DNA of 54,258 nucleotides from a virus (Duplodnaviria; Caudoviricetes): IMG/VR virus record IMGVR_UViG_3300035670_007294, positions 1 to 54,258 of that record; one strand, 5' to 3'. Shown piece by piece: positions 48,051 to 54,258 of this stretch (position 1 is its first letter; each line of letters starts with the position of its first letter). The notes under the pieces were generated by a model. It saw only the letters and a program-made list of their open reading frames with translations, ran no database searches and was not told where the DNA came from. The position numbers and the translations under genes were made by a program.

Positions 48051-50645
48051 TTATTCTAATTTATAATATCTACCTAAATATTCTGTATCTCTTATGTCAC
48101 AAGTTTCTATAGGTAATTTTGTTTTTTCTTCTTGATTAGATATCATATTTTTTATTATACCTACACCTGTTATACTCCAACAAAAGTTTTTCTTCTTGTT
48201 TTTATATTTTACATAATTTAAATATACTGCATATGTTGCTACTTCTTCATCACTTAATTTTAATGCACTTACTTCTATTATATATTTATTATATAAATCA
48301 TCCCAATCAATATTTGTGTTTTCAACCTCTTTTTTTGTATATCCTTCAAAAAATTCTTTATTTAAATCAAATCTTTTTGCACAATAATTCTGTTTATTTA
48401 AATCTGTTAATTCTCTATCAAATCTTAAAAATATATTTTCTATTTTTTCCAATATATCTTCTTTAATTTCTATATCTTTATTCATAAGAATTTTACTCGT
48501 ATCAAAGAATACTTTTTTATATTTAATAATTTTTTCCCATTTTTCAATATCCCAACATAAGTAATTTAAATTGCTCCTTGCTTTAGATAAAATACTTAAT
48601 TTAGAATAATATTCTCCTGCATATTTCATAAAATATGGTAGTGGTCTTGCATATTTTGCTATGTGATATGGTATATTCCAACGGACTCCTGTTTTTGCTG
48701 AGTCGATTTCTTTACCATTAATTACAGAAAGTAAATTAACATACCCTATATATTTTTTTCTCATTTCATCATTTTTTGTTTGTTTATTTAAATAACAAGT
48801 TGCTACATTACTTATTTCTCCAATTCTATTATCTAATGAACGTAATATATATCCAATTACACTATCTTTATTATATAATTCTTGTAATGCAGTAATCTTA
48901 TCATCTACATCTATAACAATTGGTAAATCACGTTGTACACCTTTTTTCATTATTTCATTATCTGTTACAAAAACTAAGTCTCCGTCTGTATCGCAACCAT
49001 TTAATCTATTCATAGTTATATCATATCCATTTAACATACATACATTTTCTAAATGACCTAAATATTTAATAATATCTTTATTATTTGTCTTCTTTAATAT
49101 AACATGTTCAGATGGACATATATGAGGGTTTCTATCTATTAAATATTCATTCCTATTTAATCCATAAGAATAAAATTCTCCTTCTTTTAAACAACCTTTT
49201 AATTCCATCCCTCCTGCATATTCCATTAGCATTATAATATCAGGAATAACTATTTTAAAACATCCTTTTATCCATAACTTTCCCATTTTAAAATCAGATA
49301 TATATTTTTTCAATAAATTAATAAGATATTCTCTAACCTTAATATCATATACCATGTCTGAGTTTAAATATAGGGCTTCCATATATCTATTCTTCATATC
49401 AAATGCTGTTATATCATCAATTATATTTTTATTGGAATCTATAAATTCTTTATCATCACTACTATCTTTTTCTTTTAAATATTCATCTATATAATCATAA
49501 TCATCCATTTTTTTATGCATGCCTAAAAATTTATAACTATATAATTTATCTCCACCTAATATCTTTTCTACCCAAGACTTACTATAATTTGCCAAAGATA
49601 TAAATTCATCTTTATCTAATTTTAAAGTCTGTAGATATTGATAATTTACTCTTGTATATACAGGCTCTTCTTCTGTCCTAAAATTCCATTTAGTAATTCC
49701 CAAACAATGATTATATTTTTTAAAATTATATAGATATTTTTGGAAATCATTATAAGTATTTGTCTCTTTAAAATAAGAATATCCCTTATACATACTTTTA
49801 GTCCATATACATTCAATGTCATCTATTGAATGTTTAACACCCCATATATCAGTTATTGTGTTGATTCCTTTGTCTTTATAAAATTTCCTAAAATCAACTT
49901 CAATACTTAATCCTTTAAAATATGGCATCCTTATCATATACGTCGTAGGAGGTTTACCTTCTATACCTATTATATTAGCCCATTTTTTTGATATTTGTGG
50001 AATATGTAATCCTGACCCATCGGCAGGTGTTATTTTTATATCTCTTATCCCATTTTTTATAATTTTATTATTATATGTTTTCTGTACTCTTGTTTCTTTA
50101 TCTATAAATGTGTTTTGTTCTTCATCTACATACATTATATTTTGATTTTTTATAATTCTAGTAAAATCATCTATTACTATAATTTTTGGTAATTCTCCTT
50201 CAATAAAGAAACAAGATGAAAACATTAATCCTCTATATGCAGTATATTTACTTATAACAATATCTTTGATATCTAAGCCCATGTCAATTACTTCATTCAT
50301 TTTGCTCGTAATGGTAGCATCTATGAATCCTATAATACCATTTCTACTCATAGACGCTGAACGTTCTGTAAAATCAAACTTAATACCATTAATATAAAAT
50401 CCTTCTTGTAATAATTTCTTAATTACAATAGTATTATTATGATTACCTTTACAATCTACAAATACAATATACTTATTATATTTATCATTTGTCTTTGTTA
50501 ATCTTCTGATTTGTCTAAATATCATATTATCAGCTTGTTTAATTAAAAATAATTTTTCTGTTTTATCATTTAATGTTAAATTAAATTCGCTATCAATTAA
50601 TACTTTTAATTTTACTTTTTTTATTATGTATAAATCAGGTGACAT
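48051..50645 (-). CDS. yonO: YonO-type single-subunit DNA-dependent RNA polymerase (two-barrel, RdRP-related)
   Basis: ERSASMSR, SKY.AYRGL, DGSG, IRMPYFKG, RNPH, catalytic NGCDTDGD, IGEISN and IDSAKTG. Confidence 0.92.
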   Translation of the reverse strand: MSPDLYIIKKVKLKVLIDSEFNLTLNDKTEKLFLIKQADNMIFRQIRRLTKTNDKYNKYIVFVDCKGNHNNTIVIKKLLQEGFYINGIKFDFTERSASMSRNGIIGFIDATITSKMNEVIDMGLDIKDIVISKYTAYRGLMFSSCFFIEGELPKIIVIDDFTRIIKNQNIMYVDEEQNTFIDKETRVQKTYNNKIIKNGIRDIKITPADGSGLHIPQISKKWANIIGIEGKPPTTYMIRMPYFKGLSIEVDFRKFYKDKGINTITDIWGVKHSIDDIECIWTKSMYKGYSYFKETNTYNDFQKYLYNFKKYNHCLGITKWNFRTEEEPVYTRVNYQYLQTLKLDKDEFISLANYSKSWVEKILGGDKLYSYKFLGMHKKMDDYDYIDEYLKEKDSSDDKEFIDSNKNIIDDITAFDMKNRYMEALYLNSDMVYDIKVREYLINLLKKYISDFKMGKLWIKGCFKIVIPDIIMLMEYAGGMELKGCLKEGEFYSYGLNRNEYLIDRNPHICPSEHVILKKTNNKDIIKYLGHLENVCMLNGYDITMNRLNGCDTDGDLVFVTDNEIMKKGVQRDLPIVIDVDDKITALQELYNKDSVIGYILRSLDNRIGEISNVATCYLNKQTKNDEMRKKYIGYVNLLSVINGKEIDSAKTGVRWNIPYHIAKYARPLPYFMKYAGEYYSKLSILSKARSNLNYLCWDIEKWEKIIKYKKVFFDTSKILMNKDIEIKEDILEKIENIFLRFDRELTDLNKQNYCAKRFDLNKEFFEGYTKKEVENTNIDWDDLYNKYIIEVSALKLSDEEVATYAVYLNYVKYKNKKKNFCWSITGVGIIKNMISNQEEKTKLPIETCDIRDTEYLGRYYKLE

Positions 50646-50676
50646 TCGCTACCTCCATTTCTTGGCATTTAAGATA

Positions 50677-51312
50677 TTACTCAAAATCTAAATGTGCTCT
50701 ATGTGGTGGATATGAACTATTTTCATCTTCACTAATCATATCTTTCCTAGTATATGTACCATATGCGAAATCACATATATCAATACGTACTTTTTTATCA
50801 GTATTATTAAATAATATAGAGCCAAAATTATTATTATTTATATGCCAATCATAACATCTTTTCATACCATTAATAGGTTGTAAGTTTAATACACCTTTAT
50901 CTTGAAATATAATTGAACATTTTTTTGTATCTACATCTTGAACTATAATCCTAATAGAAATACGTCCATGTTTAGATTTTCTGTATATATCTCCTAAGAT
51001 TTCACTTACATCATGTAATCTTATAGCAGTACTTGTATTATCAAATACACAGTATCTAAAACTTCCAATAGGATGTTCAGGAATTGTTAATTTACCAATT
51101 AATGTTGTTACTTGTTCTTTTTTAAAATCTTCATGATAACTTTTTTTAACTTTACTAGTCTTACTAGTCTTACTAGTTTTACTAGTTTTTTTTACAGACT
51201 TAACTTTATTAGTTTTATCTAATTGTTGATAATTTAATACTTCTTCTAGTGCTAAAACAATACCTTCTCCTAAAGTACTAAATTCATTTCTATTTAGTTT
51301 TTTTCTACCCAT
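50677..51312 (-). CDS. Hypothetical protein preceding YonO, with TSK repeats
   Basis: GGAGA RBS before ATG 51312. Four 9-bp TTACTAGT(C/T) units at ~51152-51187 encode KTSKTSKTSKTSK. Confidence 0.65.
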   Translation of the reverse strand: MGRKKLNRNEFSTLGEGIVLALEEVLNYQQLDKTNKVKSVKKTSKTSKTSKTSKVKKSYHEDFKKEQVTTLIGKLTIPEHPIGSFRYCVFDNTSTAIRLHDVSEILGDIYRKSKHGRISIRIIVQDVDTKKCSIIFQDKGVLNLQPINGMKRCYDWHINNNNFGSILFNNTDKKVRIDICDFAYGTYTRKDMISEDENSSYPPHRAHLDFE

Positions 51313-51367
51313 TTTTATTATCTCCAATCTAATAAGGTTAGTATGAGTTATTAACTCACCTAACCTT

Positions 51368-51396
51368 ATTATAATATATTATTATTATTTTGTCAA
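51368..51396 (-). promoter_or_regulatory. Consensus sigma-A promoter for the YonO operon, overlapped by a 40-bp palindrome (51331-51370)
   Basis: TTGACA-17 bp-TATAAT, perfect match. Confidence 0.8.
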
Positions 51397-53616
51397 CTAT
51401 TTAAATAAATTTATTACATTATCTTCTTTGATATATTTTTTATTATTTTGTTTAGATTTTTTACTACTATCTTTGTTCTTTTTTAAATTATATCCATTTT
51501 GTAAATACTCTAATTGTTCTTTTGATTTATCTATTTCTGATTGAGTAAACATATCATCTAAAAATCTGCTATACTTACATGGAGCTCCTCTTGATATTAA
51601 ATTATATGATAAATGTAATTCTTTTATTGCTCTTGTACATAATACATATAACAATCTTCTCTCTTCTCTTTCTCCTCCTTCATATAAATCTGACTTAATA
51701 TGAGGGAACATTCCTTCTTGTATTCCAACTCCAAAAACATAATTATATTCTAATCCCTTACTTTTATGAGCTGTCATTATATTTACTTTATCAATTTTAT
51801 TATAATCCTTTTTGTCTTGAGTTTTTTCATCTTTAGCTTGTATGATTTTATCTATATCTGATAAAAATTTCTCCATATCTATATATTTTTCAGCATGTTC
51901 ACAAAATATATTTAAATTATCAACTTTCTCAGTGCTATCAGTTGTAGTATCAATATTATCCCCTATTATATATGCATCATAATCTGTTATCTCTCTTATT
52001 TTTCTAATGATTTTATCAATACTTACTTTACCAATCATAGGTTTTATTGTTTCATATATGTTATTTAAATCACCTATTCCTGAACGATACTTAAATATTA
52101 TATCTTTATGTAATCCACTCATTGCATCAAAGTATTTTATATTCTCATTGTCACCTATTTCTATTAGTTTATCCATAAATACTTGTCCTAGCCATCTTGG
52201 TGGTGTAGCATATATCCTTTCAAACGCATCATTATCTTTATTAAATGCTAGTTTTAAAAATGCTATCATATCTTTTACTTCTTTATACTCAAAAAACGAC
52301 CTTACACTTCCATGTATTATATATGGTATATCTAAATCCATAAAAGCTCTCTCTATTGAACATATTTGTGCATTTGTACGTGTTAATATACAGAAATCAT
52401 TCCATTTAGTTACACCTTTATTCCCTTTTACATCATTCGTAACAGGTATATTATTATCTCTACAATATATCTCTTTTATTTTCTTTCCAATTCCTTCTCC
52501 TTCATTTAAAGATTCTAAATAAGCTGTTAATGTTGGTTTCTTATGTTTCGGATTATAAGCAATAGCATCTTTATAAAACTTATGTTGACCCTCTTCTGAA
52601 TTTTTTAAAAGTTTATTTGTAATACTTACTATGTCTTTACTACATCTATAATTTGTTTTTAGATGTAATATTTTAGCATTTTTAAATAATGTATCAAAAT
52701 TACTTATGAACTTAGGGTCACTTCCAACAAATCCGTATATTGCCTGTCTCATGTCTCCTACCCAAAACATTTGTTCATTTTTATTTAACATCTGCAATAA
52801 ATGTATTTGATTTGCATTCGTGTCTTGACATTCATCAGTTAATATATACTTATATTTGTCTTGATACTTTTTAAGAATATCAGGCTTCTTCTCTAACATT
52901 CTTACACAATAATATTGCATATCATCAAAATCTAACATCTTCTTTTGTATTTTAGTCTTTTCATATAACTCATATATCTTTCTCATTTCATCATCATTAT
53001 ATTTTACATCTGATGTTATAAATGGAATAAAATTATTAGCTGTATAATATAACATATGTGATTTTTGTAATCCTATAAACCTTAATATGTATCCAACATC
53101 CACTTCTTTTGCTTTTGTATTAATACCTAAATCTTTTACAACTATATCTTGTATCATTCGTTTTTTATCATAATCTCTCATTATCCTTGCAGTAGCAAAA
53201 AAACTTTGCTCTTTTCTTAACATATTATAACATATACTATGAAAAGTACCTATATTTACATTATTTTCTCCTATTTTTTTCATTAATTTTGAACTCATAT
53301 TGTCTGTTGCACTTCTTGAGAATGTTATTAATAATATATCTTCATCATTAACTTTATCATTTTTTATTAAATGCTCTGTACGACCTATAAGCATTGTTGA
53401 TTTTCCAGAACCAGCTGATGCTAATACACATACATTTCCTCTTGCTTTAATTCCTTCGATTTGTGCATCACTATATTTACTCAAATCAATAGGAGTATTT
53501 CTTTTATTTCTATTCATATCAGCAGGTGTAATAAAATATTGCTTATTATCATCTTCATCAAATTGTAATCTTAATATATCTTCTAAACTCATATCTAATT
53601 GATTTTTTGCTATCAT
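51397..53616 (-). CDS. UvrD/PcrA-like superfamily 1 DNA helicase
   Basis: ASAGSGKS, ITFSR, TFHS, DECQDTN, VGD.RQAIYGF, NYRC, TAHKSKGLEY and EERRLLYV..TRA. Confidence 0.95.
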   Translation of the reverse strand: MIAKNQLDMSLEDILRLQFDEDDNKQYFITPADMNRNKRNTPIDLSKYSDAQIEGIKARGNVCVLASAGSGKSTMLIGRTEHLIKNDKVNDEDILLITFSRSATDNMSSKLMKKIGENNVNIGTFHSICYNMLRKEQSFFATARIMRDYDKKRMIQDIVVKDLGINTKAKEVDVGYILRFIGLQKSHMLYYTANNFIPFITSDVKYNDDEMRKIYELYEKTKIQKKMLDFDDMQYYCVRMLEKKPDILKKYQDKYKYILTDECQDTNANQIHLLQMLNKNEQMFWVGDMRQAIYGFVGSDPKFISNFDTLFKNAKILHLKTNYRCSKDIVSITNKLLKNSEEGQHKFYKDAIAYNPKHKKPTLTAYLESLNEGEGIGKKIKEIYCRDNNIPVTNDVKGNKGVTKWNDFCILTRTNAQICSIERAFMDLDIPYIIHGSVRSFFEYKEVKDMIAFLKLAFNKDNDAFERIYATPPRWLGQVFMDKLIEIGDNENIKYFDAMSGLHKDIIFKYRSGIGDLNNIYETIKPMIGKVSIDKIIRKIREITDYDAYIIGDNIDTTTDSTEKVDNLNIFCEHAEKYIDMEKFLSDIDKIIQAKDEKTQDKKDYNKIDKVNIMTAHKSKGLEYNYVFGVGIQEGMFPHIKSDLYEGGEREERRLLYVLCTRAIKELHLSYNLISRGAPCKYSRFLDDMFTQSEIDKSKEQLEYLQNGYNLKKNKDSSKKSKQNNKKYIKEDNVINLFK

Positions 53617-53676
53617 TTTTTACCACCTCTCTATTTTATTTTTATATTTTATTTATTAATACTATTTAACATTATA

Positions 53677-53705
53677 AGTATATAATATTTATTTTACTTT
53701 GTCAA
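53677..53705 (-). promoter_or_regulatory. Sigma-A promoter for the helicase gene
   Basis: TTGACA-17 bp-TATACT. Confidence 0.7.
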
Positions 53706-53774
53706 TGTTTTATTTGTATTTATTAATAAAATTCTACATAAATAAAAATATAACCTTCAAACACGCTAAATACA

Positions 53775-53883
53775 ATGGGGAGAGTTTCATGCAAATTTCT
53801 TGCATTTAAATTTATGGTGCTACTTTCATGCAGATTTTTTGCACAAAAACATTATGGAGAGAGTTTCATGCAAGTTTCTTGCA
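53775..53883. repeat. Three 30-bp direct repeats (period 39-40 bp), each with a TGCA-N7-TGCA dyad; iteron/operator-like
   Basis: ATGGnGnnAnTTTCATGCARRTTTYTTGCA at 53775, 53814 and 53854. Confidence 0.85.
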
Positions 53884-54026
53884 CGTAAGTAGCCGTATAT
53901 ATAATATAGTTACTATAGATATATAGATATAGTTACATTAGATAAATAAAATATTTACAGTTATACCGTTCGGTATATATTGAATTCAACATATCATAAA
54001 AATAAAAATAAATCAATTACTTTTTC

Positions 54027-54055
54027 TTGACAAAATAAAAAACTTATTATATAAT
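54027..54055 (+). promoter_or_regulatory. Consensus sigma-A promoter, divergent
   Basis: TTGACA-17 bp-TATAAT, perfect match, with AT-rich upstream sequence. Confidence 0.8.
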
Positions 54056-54101
54056 ATAATCACATAGTATCAACCAATTAAATCAAAGGAGAATTAGTAC
54101 A

Positions 54102-54258
54102 ATGATAAAAAAATACATCATAGTCAATCCACAAACTAAAGTTTTTATTTGTGATGATATTGATAAAAGTATAAATAACGTAGATATACAAGATGCTGAT
54201 GCTTTTTATACTCCTAATGAGGCTATGCATTGGCTCAATAGACATAGAGATAAATCAA
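54102..54258 (+). CDS. Hypothetical protein, partial (runs off the window)
   Basis: AAAGGAG RBS, ATG 54102, open frame MIKKYIIVNPQTKVFICDDIDK... to the window end. Confidence 0.7.
   Translation, partial: MIKKYIIVNPQTKVFICDDIDKSINNVDIQDADAFYTPNEAMHWLNRHRDKS

Larger units (their letters stand above)
1..54258. mobile_element. Segment of a large SPbeta-like siphophage/prophage (late morphogenesis region plus YonO transcription module)
   Basis: Colinear terminase-portal-protease-capsid-connector-tail tube-tape measure-Dit-Tal genes. The order YonO, YonK, HU, YonJ ... recombinase, tape measure resembles the SPbeta yon/yom block. No host housekeeping genes and no att site seen. Confidence 0.93.

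Noticed and set aside
48051-50645. Eukaryotic-type RNA-dependent RNA polymerase
   Set aside because: Shares the DxDGD two-barrel fold, but context and motifs fit the DNA-dependent YonO family.
2975-53602. Numerous plus-strand ORFs in the track (for example 16095-16514, 24398-25093, 36878-37306, 52007-52522)
   Set aside because: Antisense shadows of well-supported minus-strand genes, with Ser/Ile/Leu/Phe-biased composition and no recognisable motifs.
53775-53883. Possible mini-CRISPR array
   Set aside because: Gaps between repeats are only 9-10 bp, repeats are degenerate, and no cas genes are present.
1-54258. Stop-codon reassignment or tRNA genes
   Set aside because: The standard code gives long, dense ORFs ending in TAA, TAG and TGA; no cloverleaf with a T-loop consensus was seen in the intergenic gaps.

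Overview
Very AT-rich 54-kb segment of a large SPbeta-like siphophage or prophage, most likely infecting Clostridia (Bacillota). Almost all genes are on the minus strand. Reading right to left: a divergent sigma-A promoter region with three 30-bp repeats; a UvrD/PcrA-like helicase; a YonO-type single-subunit RNA polymerase and a downstream partner; PIN-PhoH; the anti-Thoeris/CBASS sponge Tad1; YonK, HU and a YonJ-like phosphoesterase; terminase, portal, protease/scaffold, decoration and major capsid genes; a freestanding HNH endonuclease; head-tail and tail-tube genes; a five-gene glycan-modification cassette (GT-A, GT4, two SAM methyltransferases, polysaccharide pyruvyl transferase) followed by fibre/lectin-like genes; a holin-like gene, RusA and a tyrosine recombinase; then tape measure, Dit and the tail tip. 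Best leads: (1) a probable virion glycosylation/methylation/pyruvylation system inside the structural operon; (2) a Tal (tail-tip hub) gene apparently split by a ~6.7-kb adhesin cassette, whose junctions rejoin in frame and recreate a palindrome; (3) a loxP/dif-like core site near the tail-module recombinase; (4) a predicted RBS-occluding pseudoknot ahead of the HNH gene; (5) a Tad1 variant. All calls come from motif recognition and synteny recalled from memory. No searches were run.
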